Origin: a virus
Reading direction: 5' to 3' (one strand)
DNA: 64,000 nucleotides
Virus record (IMG/VR): IMGVR_UViG_3300020187_003193
Shown: positions 29,756 through 38,631 of the stretch, in pieces
Numbering within the stretch: the stretch's first letter is position 1
Layout of the letters: every line of letters begins with the position of its first letter
The notes under the pieces: generated by a model
Told to the model about the DNA's origin: nothing
The model's database searches: none
The model's input: only the letters and a program-made list of their open reading frames with translations
Translations under genes and position numbers: made by a program

Positions 29756-32584
29756 ATGCAAATACACGGCGCAGAAATAATTGGAGAATTATCCCTAGAT
29801 CCCAATGCAATAGCAGATCTAACAGGTTCATTTTCAGGTTCTCATTCGGGATCATTCACAGGTTCTTTCCTAGGTGACGGATCAAATTTAACAGGTGTTA
29901 CCGCTGAATGGGATGGTTCTCATACAGGGAATGGTTCAATTTCAGGAGACCTTACTGTAGGTAATTTAATTACTGATGGTAATGTAGATGGTGTAGATGT
30001 TTCTGCATTAGATACCAGAGTAACAGATGTAGAAGGTGATGTAGCAGCAATTTTACTATCCGCAGATGCTGATAAAGATTCATTTGCTGAAATCGTAACC
30101 TTAATCAACTCTGTTGATACAACTAACGACAGTGCATTTGCGTCTCACGCAACTGATACAGACAACCCACACTCTGTTACAAAATCACAAGTTGGGTTAG
30201 GAAATGCTGATAACACATCTGATGCCAATAAACCAATATCTACTGCACAACAAGCAGCATTAGACTTAAAAGCTGATATCGCTACTCTAGATAGCACATA
30301 CGCAACCGATGCTCAAGTAACAAATGCAGTTTCTGCTTTAAGTGGATCTGCTTCTGCTGATAGAACATCAATTAAAGCCACACTTTCAGCTTTAGATAGT
30401 ACATATGCTACAGATGCTCAAGTAACAAGCGCAGTTTCTGCTTTAAGTAGTTCAGCAGCAGCTAAATCAGCTATAAATGCTGCAAACATTGCTACTAACA
30501 CTTCAGCAATTGCAGCTTTAGATAGTACATATGCTACAGATGCTCAAGTTACAAGTGCTGTAAACGTACTTAGTGGTTCAGCTGCTGCAAAACAAGCAAT
30601 TAACGCGGCTGCAATCGCAAGCATAAATGCAAAAGATCCTGTATTAACAGTATCTGGAGACGCAAGTGGTACAGCTACTTTTACCAATTTAGGTAATGCT
30701 ACATTAAGTTTAACTATTGCAGATGATTCTCACAACCACGTTATTTCTAACGTAGATGGATTACAAGCAGCCCTTGATTCAAAATCTAGTGGTGCTGATT
30801 TAACAACATTAACCGGAAGAGTAAGTACTGCCGAAGGTGAAATCGATGCTTTACAATTAGATTCAGCTTCATTCTCAACAAGAGTATTAGCAAACGAAAG
30901 TAAATTATCAGGAATTGAAGCAGGCGCCACAGGTGATCAAACAGCAGCAGAAATTTTAACTGCTATTAAAACAGTTGATGGAGCAGGAAGTGGATTAGAT
31001 GCTGATTTATTAGACGGACAGTCATCAGCATACTATGCTACTGCAACATCAGTATCTACAAACACATCAGCAATTGCTACTATTAACGCTAAAGATCCTG
31101 TATTAACAGTATCTGGAGATGCAAGTGGAACAGCAACATTCACAAACTTAGGTAACGCTTCAATGACGTTAACCATCGCTGATGATTCACACAACCATAC
31201 TATTGCTAACGTTGATGGTTTACAAACAGCTCTTAATGCAAAAGCTCCATTAGCTTCACCAGCATTAACTGGCAACCCAACTGCCCCTACACAAACTGGG
31301 ACAGATGAATCTACTAAGATTGCTACTACAGCCTTTGTACAAGGTAGAATTGATGCTATTATAGGAACTGCAGGTTCAACTTTAGATACATTAGGAGAAT
31401 TATCCGCTTCAATGGCAGCTGACGAATCAGGATTAGCGGCATTAACAACAGAAGTAGGAACAAAATTAGCAAAAGCTTCTAACCTATCAGATTTAACAAA
31501 CGCTGGAGCTGCAAGAACAAATATTGGATTAGGATCAGGTAATAACGTAGCCTTTACAGGAGTTACTACCGATACTCTTAGTGCAAATGGTTTATTAGAA
31601 CAAGCCTCAGAATCTACCACATTAGTAATTAGCCCAACAGGGGTTGTAGGATTTAGAGAAAATGCTGCTTCTTCTGGAACATCAGGTTCTTCAGGAACTT
31701 CAGGTACTTCAGGTTCATCGGGAACCTCAGGAACATCAGGTTCATCAGGAACTTCAGGAGCAACAGGAGCAACTGGACCTACAGGACCAACAGGTGCAAC
31801 AGGAGCCTCAGGTTCATCGGGAACATCAGGAACTTCAGGTAGTTCAGGAACTTCAGGTTCATCCGGAACTTCAGGAGCAACAGGAGCAACTGGGCCTACA
31901 GGACCAACGGGTGCAACAGGAGCTAAAGGTAACACAGGTAACACAGGAGCCGCAGGAACATCAGGTAGTTCGGGAACATCAGGTAGTTCAGGAACCTCCG
32001 GTGTAAAAGGAAATACAGGAGCAACAGGACCAACAGGAGCATCAGGCTCATCCGGAACTTCAGGTTCATCCGGAACCTCAGGTGTAAACGGTGGAACAGG
32101 TCCAACAGGACCAACTGGACCAACAGGACCTGCAGGACCAAGTACGGTAACTACTATTTCATTAGCAGACCGGATTCAACATACAGGCGATACTGATACT
32201 TATATTCAATTCCATGCAGCAAACCAATGGAGAGTTGTAACAGGTGGTGCTGAAAGATTAGAAGTAAATAACAGTGCAGTAACAGTAACAGGTACATTTA
32301 CAGAAAACTCCGATAGAAGATTAAAAGAAAACATAGTTCAAATTGGAGGTGCTCTTAGTTTAACAGAACAATTAAGAGGTGTATACTATAACAGAAGCGA
32401 TAGAGATGACAAATCTAAAATGGTTGGATTTATAGCTCAAGAAGTACAAGAAGTAATACCTGAAGTTGTAACTACCAACGAAGAAACAGGAATTTTATCT
32501 GTTTCATATACCCACCTTATAGCAGTTTTAGTAGAATCAATTAAGGAATTATCTGCTAGAGTAAAAGAATTAGAAAGTAAATAA
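29756..32584 (+). CDS. Mosaic fibre (coiled-coil modules plus Gly-X-Y block) with a C-terminal peptidase S74 domain
   Basis: 942 aa. Shares modules with the 18947 and 15342 ORFs. Motifs GLDADLLDG, PLASPALTGNPTAPT and C-terminal SDRRLKENI. Confidence 0.82.
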   Translation: MQIHGAEIIGELSLDPNAIADLTGSFSGSHSGSFTGSFLGDGSNLTGVTAEWDGSHTGNGSISGDLTVGNLITDGNVDGVDVSALDTRVTDVEGDVAAILLSADADKDSFAEIVTLINSVDTTNDSAFASHATDTDNPHSVTKSQVGLGNADNTSDANKPISTAQQAALDLKADIATLDSTYATDAQVTNAVSALSGSASADRTSIKATLSALDSTYATDAQVTSAVSALSSSAAAKSAINAANIATNTSAIAALDSTYATDAQVTSAVNVLSGSAAAKQAINAAAIASINAKDPVLTVSGDASGTATFTNLGNATLSLTIADDSHNHVISNVDGLQAALDSKSSGADLTTLTGRVSTAEGEIDALQLDSASFSTRVLANESKLSGIEAGATGDQTAAEILTAIKTVDGAGSGLDADLLDGQSSAYYATATSVSTNTSAIATINAKDPVLTVSGDASGTATFTNLGNASMTLTIADDSHNHTIANVDGLQTALNAKAPLASPALTGNPTAPTQTGTDESTKIATTAFVQGRIDAIIGTAGSTLDTLGELSASMAADESGLAALTTEVGTKLAKASNLSDLTNAGAARTNIGLGSGNNVAFTGVTTDTLSANGLLEQASESTTLVISPTGVVGFRENAASSGTSGSSGTSGTSGSSGTSGTSGSSGTSGATGATGPTGPTGATGASGSSGTSGTSGSSGTSGSSGTSGATGATGPTGPTGATGAKGNTGNTGAAGTSGSSGTSGSSGTSGVKGNTGATGPTGASGSSGTSGSSGTSGVNGGTGPTGPTGPTGPAGPSTVTTISLADRIQHTGDTDTYIQFHAANQWRVVTGGAERLEVNNSAVTVTGTFTENSDRRLKENIVQIGGALSLTEQLRGVYYNRSDRDDKSKMVGFIAQEVQEVIPEVVTTNEETGILSVSYTHLIAVLVESIKELSARVKELESK
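31676..32140 (+). repeat. Gly-X-Y repeat block (about 50 triplets)
   Basis: [12 protein letters not shown] register. Confidence 0.93.
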
Positions 32585-32604
32585 TTCTAATTAATATAAA
32601 AGTA

Positions 32605-32648
32605 AAGGGGATATCATTTGGATATCCCCTTCTTTTTTCTTATCTTGT
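32605..32648 (+). terminator. Rho-independent terminator overlapping a Bacteroidota-type promoter
   Basis: AAGGGGATATC-atttg-GATATCCCCTT plus T tract. TTTG (32617) -N20- TATCTTGT (32641). Confidence 0.8.
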
Positions 32649-32685
32649 AATACTTTCAAATATTTATATATATAAAAACACAGTT

Positions 32686-32943
32686 ATGGCATTACAACAA
32701 AACAGAGTAACAGAAGAGGAATTAAACGAAATCGAACAATTCCAAAAAAACATTAACCAATTAACATTTCAACTAGGACAAATCACACTAAGAAGAATGG
32801 ATCTAGACCAACAAGAAGAAATTCTAGAATCAAGACACTTAGAACTACTTAAAGATGAAAAACAACTAGGAGATAAGTTAAAAGAGAAATATGGTACTGC
32901 TCAAATAGACCTAAAAACAGGCGAACTTAGTACTATCGAATAG
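32686..32943 (+). CDS. Small coiled-coil hypothetical protein upstream of the sheath
   Basis: 85 aa, ending LKEKYGTAQIDLKTGE. Confidence 0.6.
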   Translation: MALQQNRVTEEELNEIEQFQKNINQLTFQLGQITLRRMDLDQQEEILESRHLELLKDEKQLGDKLKEKYGTAQIDLKTGELSTIE

Positions 32944-32996
32944 TATTTTTAAGACTCTTTCACATATTTATCGTTGATAAAATAATTTAACAAACA

Positions 32997-34724
32997 ATGG
33001 CTGAAACATTACTATCCCCAGGAGTATTAACACGTGAAAACGATCAAACGTTAATCACACAAGGTCCTATCACAGCAGGTGCTGCTATTTTAGGCCCTAC
33101 TGTAAAAGGTCCTGTTAACGTACCTACGTTAGTTACTTCTTACAGTGATTATAAAAATAAATTTGGTGGCTCTTTTTCAAGTGCAAGTATTAATTACGAA
33201 TACTTAACTTCAATTGCTGCTTACAACTACTTTACACAAGGTGGAGAAACATTACTTGTAACACGTGTTGTTAATAATGGAGATGGTGATTATATTTCTG
33301 CAACAGCAGAAATTACAGCAGAAACTGGATCATTTACACTAGAAACATTATCAGTAGGTGAAATAATGAACAACTCAGGAAGTGTATCTGAAAGTGGTTC
33401 ATTAAATCAAGGTACTGTAGACAACGTACGTTGGGAAGTTGCTAACGTAAACACAGGAAGTGGTACTTTCAACTTATTAATCCGTAGAGGAGATGATAAT
33501 AGTAAGTCAAAAACTATCCTAGAATCATTTACAGAATTATCATTAGATCCAAATTCACCAAACTATATCGAACAAGTAATTGGTAACCAAGCTAAAGTAT
33601 TAGCTACGGATAGCGATGACAATATCTATATTGAAACTACAGGTTCTTATGTAAATAACAGCCGTTACGTAAGAGTATCTTCTGTAACAGATCCTACATA
33701 CAACTATTTCGATAACGACGGTATTGCAAAAACATTATACGCGGGACATTTACCTGTTGTAGGTAGTGGTTCACTAGAAGGAGCTTTCGATAGCGCAACT
33801 GGAGCACTATATGGTAGTGGTTCTAACGGAACATTAGGAATGTTCGAAGGAATTAATTCAGACAGTATCCAAGGTTTATTACCTGACAACTATACATCTT
33901 CATTATCATTATTACAGAACGAAGACGAATACGATTTCGAAATTCTAATCGTTCCTGGAGCTACAATTGAAAATGCTTCTGCTACAGTAGCTTCTGCAAT
34001 TTCAACAGTAACAGAAAGAGGAGATGCAATAGCGGTAGTAGATACTAGAGATTACGGCGCTACATTAAACCAAACAATCACATCAGCACAAACACAAGAT
34101 TCAAGTTATGCTGCAACATACTGGCCATGGGTTCAAGTATTATCAAACGAAACTGGAAAGTTAGTTTGGGTACCTGCATCAACCGTAGTACCAGGAGTAT
34201 ACGCAACTAACGATAGATTAGGAGCTGAATGGTTCGCACCTGCTGGATTCAACAGAGGTGGAGTAGGCGGAGTAATCCAAGCTGAAAGAAAATTAAGCCC
34301 TGCAGATAGAGATAAACTATACTTAGGTAAAGTAAACCCAATCGCTACATTCCCAGGACAAGGTCCAGTAATATTCGGACAGAAAACATTACAATCAAAA
34401 GCAACAGCTTTAGATAGAGTAAATGTTAGAAGATTATTAATTGAACTTAAGAGAACAATTGGTAATGTTGCTGAAGGATTATTATTCGAACAAAATACAG
34501 CTGCAACAAGAAACAGATTCTTAAACCAAGTTAACCCTTACTTAGAATCTATCCAACAAAGACAAGGATTATATGCCTATAGAGTTGTAATGGATGATAC
34601 AAACAACACAGCTGATATAATTGATAGAAATCAAATGGTAGGACAGATATTCATCCAACCAACTAGAACAGCAGAATATATTATCCTAGATTTCAACGTA
34701 ACACCGACAGGGGTTGAATTCTAA
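32997..34724 (+). CDS. Contractile tail sheath protein (gp18-like)
   Basis: LLSPGVLTREND, YWPWVQV, WFAPAGFNRG, IFGQKTLQ...ALDRVNVRRLLI and IFIQPTRTAEYIILDF. Confidence 0.96.
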   Translation: MAETLLSPGVLTRENDQTLITQGPITAGAAILGPTVKGPVNVPTLVTSYSDYKNKFGGSFSSASINYEYLTSIAAYNYFTQGGETLLVTRVVNNGDGDYISATAEITAETGSFTLETLSVGEIMNNSGSVSESGSLNQGTVDNVRWEVANVNTGSGTFNLLIRRGDDNSKSKTILESFTELSLDPNSPNYIEQVIGNQAKVLATDSDDNIYIETTGSYVNNSRYVRVSSVTDPTYNYFDNDGIAKTLYAGHLPVVGSGSLEGAFDSATGALYGSGSNGTLGMFEGINSDSIQGLLPDNYTSSLSLLQNEDEYDFEILIVPGATIENASATVASAISTVTERGDAIAVVDTRDYGATLNQTITSAQTQDSSYAATYWPWVQVLSNETGKLVWVPASTVVPGVYATNDRLGAEWFAPAGFNRGGVGGVIQAERKLSPADRDKLYLGKVNPIATFPGQGPVIFGQKTLQSKATALDRVNVRRLLIELKRTIGNVAEGLLFEQNTAATRNRFLNQVNPYLESIQQRQGLYAYRVVMDDTNNTADIIDRNQMVGQIFIQPTRTAEYIILDFNVTPTGVEF

Positions 34725-34764
34725 AAGTTAAATTAGGCAATATTTATAATAAACAAAACATAAC

Positions 34765-35250
34765 ATGGCAGTATTAGACCCAAACGAAATAATGTTCACC
34801 GCATTTGAACCTAAAGTACAAAATAGGTTTATAATGTATGTTGACGGAATCCCAGCTTACCTAATTAAATCAGCTACTGCACCAGGATTCGAAGCAGGTG
34901 AGATCGTATTAGACCACATCAATGTTTACCGTAAAGTAAAAGGTAAAGTAAGATGGAATGATATGACACTTAACCTATATGATCCAGTAACACCATCTGG
35001 AGCTCAAGCCGTAATGGAATGGGCACGTTTAGCTCACGAAAGTGTAACAGGTAGAGACGGATATAGTGATTTCTACAAGAAAGACTTAACATTAGATATC
35101 TTAGGTCCTGTAGGAGACGTAGTTGGAGAATGGGTAATTAAAGGTGCCTATGTTAAAACTGCAACATTCGGTGAATACGATTGGTCAAATGAGGCCGCAG
35201 TTAACTTAACAGTTAACATCGCAATGGATTACTGCATATTAAATTTCTAA
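34765..35250 (+). CDS. Tail tube protein (gp19-like)
   Basis: FEPKVQNRFIM, WNDMTLNLYDP, EWVIKGAY and DYCILNF. Follows the sheath gene. Confidence 0.9.
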   Translation: MAVLDPNEIMFTAFEPKVQNRFIMYVDGIPAYLIKSATAPGFEAGEIVLDHINVYRKVKGKVRWNDMTLNLYDPVTPSGAQAVMEWARLAHESVTGRDGYSDFYKKDLTLDILGPVGDVVGEWVIKGAYVKTATFGEYDWSNEAAVNLTVNIAMDYCILNF

Positions 35251-35276
35251 TACCCCAACCCTCTATACCCTGAATT

Positions 35277-35310
35277 AGGTACTCAATTTTGAGTACCTTT
35301 TTCTTTTTTA
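35277..35310 (+). terminator. Rho-independent terminator
   Basis: AGGTACTCAA-TT-TTGAGTACCT followed by a T tract. Confidence 0.75.
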
Positions 35311-35347
35311 TATATTTATATCCACACAAAATAAGTTATTTATCCAT

Positions 35348-36115
35348 ATGGAAGAAAATGTTACAAAACCTAAGTTCCCAACAGAAATTGTGGACTTACC
35401 TTCAAAGGGTTTAATCTACCCTAAAGACAATCCACTATCAAGCGGTCAAATTGAAATGAAATACATGACGGCACGTGAAGAGGATATACTTACCAACCAA
35501 AATTACATATCAAAAGGTATAGTGTTGGATAAGCTCATTGAATCGCTGATTGTATCTAAAGTTAATTTTAACGATATTATAGTAGGCGATAAAAACGCAC
35601 TACTAATTGCGTCCCGTATCTTAGGATATGGCAAAGAATATACATTTAGAGCATACAATTCAGATACTCAAGGTATAGCAGACTTTACTGTAGATTTAAC
35701 TACATTAGATGACAAAAATCTAGACCCTGCCGATTTAAAAGAAGAAGGTGTAAACGAATTCGAATTTGTTTTACCACATGGGAAAAATACAATCACCTAT
35801 AAGTTATTAACTCATGGTGATGAAAAATCAATTGAAAGGGAAATAACAGGTATGAAAAAAATACGACCTGATTCTAACCCTGAAATTTCTACTAGGTTAA
35901 AATACATAATTACCTCAGTAGATGGTGATCGCGAAAAGAAAACAATTAGAGAATTTGTAGACAGCATTATGCTAGCTAGAGATTCAAGATCCTTACGTGA
36001 AGAAATACGTAGAGTATCTCCCGATGTCGAACTAAAATATGTGGGTGAAGGTGCAGAGGAGGGCATCAACATCCCAATTAATCTTAACTTTTTTTGGCCT
36101 GACAGCGGAGTATAG
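35348..36115 (+). CDS. Tail assembly chaperone (lambda G-like position; T4 gp26-like sequence)
   Basis: FPTEIVDLPSKG, IEMKYMTAREEDIL, ending LNFFWPD. Lies between tube and tape measure. Confidence 0.7.
   Translation: MEENVTKPKFPTEIVDLPSKGLIYPKDNPLSSGQIEMKYMTAREEDILTNQNYISKGIVLDKLIESLIVSKVNFNDIIVGDKNALLIASRILGYGKEYTFRAYNSDTQGIADFTVDLTTLDDKNLDPADLKEEGVNEFEFVLPHGKNTITYKLLTHGDEKSIEREITGMKKIRPDSNPEISTRLKYIITSVDGDREKKTIREFVDSIMLARDSRSLREEIRRVSPDVELKYVGEGAEEGINIPINLNFFWPDSGV
36089..36095 (+). other. Putative programmed frameshift site (T7 run; +1 or -2)
   Basis: Frame 0 reads AAC TTT TTT TGG; the downstream ORF reads TTT TTT GGC CTG in the +1 frame. Confidence 0.65.
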
Positions 36116-36365
36116 ATCCAACCTATTCTCACAAATACATGAAATTGTATTTCACGGACAAGGAGGTTATAGTTGGGGAGACATATATGATATGCCTATT
36201 TGGCTTCGTAATTTTACTTTTAAGAAATTAGAAGAATATTATGAAAAACAAAACGAAGCTAATAATGCCCAATCAAATATGCTCAAAAATAACCCTAAAG
36301 AAATAGCACGCCCAGCAATTAACCCTGCTAACGTATATAATGCACAAGTGCCTGTTAAAAAGTAG
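36090..36365 (+). CDS. Frameshift-accessed C-terminal extension of the tail chaperone (GT-like)
   Basis: FFGLTAEYRSNLFSQIHEIVFHGQGGYSWGDIYDMPIWLRNFTF... has no suitable start codon of its own. Confidence 0.6.
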   Translation, partial: FFGLTAEYRSNLFSQIHEIVFHGQGGYSWGDIYDMPIWLRNFTFKKLEEYYEKQNEANNAQSNMLKNNPKEIARPAINPANVYNAQVPVKK

Positions 36366-36374
36366 GCACTTTTT
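36346..36374 (+). terminator. Rho-independent terminator-like hairpin
   Basis: AAGTGCCT-N10-AGGCACTT followed by TTT. Confidence 0.55.
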
Positions 36375-36398
36375 ATATTTATATTATATAATTAGCTA

Positions 36399-38600
36399 AT
36401 GGCATCCCAAGAAGAATTAGATAGACTAAAAGAAATTCGCGATATAGAACGCGAACTAGCTGGAATTAGATCAGACACCCTTAATGATGTTAGGGATATG
36501 TCTAATTTTTTATCTGATAGTGCTTCTCAATTAAAAACTGAACGTGCTGAACGTAATCAAATTCGTTCTATAGCTAGACAAATTAATAAAACTGCCCAAG
36601 AAAGTTACACTATTTCCCAAAAAGAATTAGGTACTTCTAAGAATTTAGCTAAAATTCAAAAGGATAAAGAATCTCTTAATAAGAAATTAGCATCATTAGC
36701 CCAAATCCAAAATAAATTAGCAGCCGATGGAGGGGAAATTCAAAAAGATGTAGCCGAGAATATAGGGTTCCAAGTCCAAGAAACTAAAAAATTAATTGCA
36801 GAATTACAAGAAGTAGAAGACACTTCAAGTAATATTGCAAACAATCTAGGAGTAAAAACTTTTAACGCCCTTGAAGACTTATCTCAAGCTATCCCCGGGC
36901 TAAGAGTTCTTTCAGGCCCTTTTAAAGATGCTGCTGAATCCGCAAGAGATATGGCTTCTTCAGGAGGAAATGCAGCTGAAGCTTTTGCTGCAGGGGCAAC
37001 TTCACTTGCAAGTGCTGCTAAAGCAGCAATCCCCCTATTACTACTTGCAGAATTAGTAGGTACTTTAAAATCTTTAGATGAATCTAGTGGTAAATTAGCA
37101 AAGAATCTAGGTATATCCTATGAAGAAGCCTTAGGATTAACTCAAGAACTAGCAGATTCAGCAATTGCTAGTAATAATTTATTTATTAATACTAAGAATT
37201 TAGTAGATTCTCAACTTGAAATTAGTAATGCCTTAGGAACTAATGCTAAACTAAATCAGGATTTATTAGTTACCCAAACTAAATTAACTAAACAGGCAGG
37301 GTATAGTGTAGAAGCCGCTACCCAATTAAGTACCCTTTCTTTAGCCACAGGTAAGTCTACAGAAGATATTACTACTCAATTTTTAGGACAAGCAAAGGCA
37401 TTAAACCTAACCAATAACTTAGCTTTAAATGAAAAGCAATTACTAGAAAGTGTTGCAAAAACTTCAAAGGGTACCTTAGCTACATTTGCTTCAAAACCTA
37501 AAGAATTAGCCAAAGCCGTATTTGAAGCTAAAAAACTTGGACTAGAAATATCTCAAGTTGAAAAAATAGCAGATGGTTTACTTGACATAGAGCAATCTCT
37601 TACAGCAGAATTCGAAGCTGAAGTAATATCAGGAAAACAACTTAACTTAGAGAGAGCAAGATTCTTTGCTTTAACTAATAATATAGCAGGAGTATCTGAA
37701 GAATTAGGTAAACAAGGTATTACACAAGCATCATTTGCAAAATCATCACGTATAGAACAAGAAGCGGTTGCGGCGGCAATGGGTATGTCTCGTGATGAAT
37801 TAGGACAAATGTTAATTGAACAAAATGCTTTAGTCGCAGTAGGTGCTAAAGATGCAGAAGCTGCTAGAGCTAAATTTGAAATGCTTAAAGCCCAAAGAGG
37901 TGAGGCATATGCTATTGCTAATTTAGGGGATGAAACTTATGCACAACAACTAGCATCTGTATCTGCCCAAGAAAAATTTGTAGAAGTAACAAATAAATTA
38001 AAAGATGCTTTTGTTAGTATAGCAGGTCCTTTAATGGAGATCATCTCCCCCATTGTAGACATACTAGCCCCAGTTCTAACAGGAGTATCGTATATAGTAA
38101 AATCAATAGCTGAAGGCTTTAAAACAATTTTACCAATACTTAAGCCTATTGTTGCCGTATTAGGAATAATGTATGCCCGAACTATATCTTTAGCAATTGC
38201 AACCGCCGCTAAAGCAGCCTTTACATCTTTAGGAGGTTTACCAATTGTAGGACCTGCTTTAGCTTTAGGAGCTATTGGTGCAGCTTCAATGGCTATAAAA
38301 TCTCAATCACAACAAAATGTTCAAGATGGTATAGCCCCATCTGATAAAGGTCCCTTTACTATTACTGATAGCTTTGGAGCAACAGCAATCACAGCAAAAG
38401 GAGATGGACTAGCAGTATCACCTAATATTAGACAAGGAGGAAACTCAGAAATTAATTATGATAAACTCGCAGATGCTATAGCTAGAGGTGCAGAACGCGG
38501 TACATCAAAAGCGAATATCAACGTTAATCTAGATGGTAATAGAGTATCCAACACACTCCAAACACCCCTAGCAGTTAACACTAGAAAGTACGCAATTTAA
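36399..38600 (+). CDS. Tape measure protein
   Basis: 733 aa, Ala/Leu/Gln-rich and helical, with hydrophobic segments near the C-terminus. Follows the chaperone pair. Confidence 0.8.
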   Translation: MASQEELDRLKEIRDIERELAGIRSDTLNDVRDMSNFLSDSASQLKTERAERNQIRSIARQINKTAQESYTISQKELGTSKNLAKIQKDKESLNKKLASLAQIQNKLAADGGEIQKDVAENIGFQVQETKKLIAELQEVEDTSSNIANNLGVKTFNALEDLSQAIPGLRVLSGPFKDAAESARDMASSGGNAAEAFAAGATSLASAAKAAIPLLLLAELVGTLKSLDESSGKLAKNLGISYEEALGLTQELADSAIASNNLFINTKNLVDSQLEISNALGTNAKLNQDLLVTQTKLTKQAGYSVEAATQLSTLSLATGKSTEDITTQFLGQAKALNLTNNLALNEKQLLESVAKTSKGTLATFASKPKELAKAVFEAKKLGLEISQVEKIADGLLDIEQSLTAEFEAEVISGKQLNLERARFFALTNNIAGVSEELGKQGITQASFAKSSRIEQEAVAAAMGMSRDELGQMLIEQNALVAVGAKDAEAARAKFEMLKAQRGEAYAIANLGDETYAQQLASVSAQEKFVEVTNKLKDAFVSIAGPLMEIISPIVDILAPVLTGVSYIVKSIAEGFKTILPILKPIVAVLGIMYARTISLAIATAAKAAFTSLGGLPIVGPALALGAIGAASMAIKSQSQQNVQDGIAPSDKGPFTITDSFGATAITAKGDGLAVSPNIRQGGNSEINYDKLADAIARGAERGTSKANINVNLDGNRVSNTLQTPLAVNTRKYAI

Positions 38601-38631
38601 AATATTTATAACAAACCCAAATAATAATAAT

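Noticed and set aside
25925-32141. Similar antisense and alternate-frame ORFs over the 25482 and 29756 fibre genes
   Set aside because: Same repeat-shadow artefact.
36039-36089. ORF-track ATG start for the 108-aa ORF after the tail chaperone
   Set aside because: It lies deep inside the upstream gene. The residues before the T7 run (MWVKVQRRAST...) look non-coding, and a frameshift explains the ORF better.
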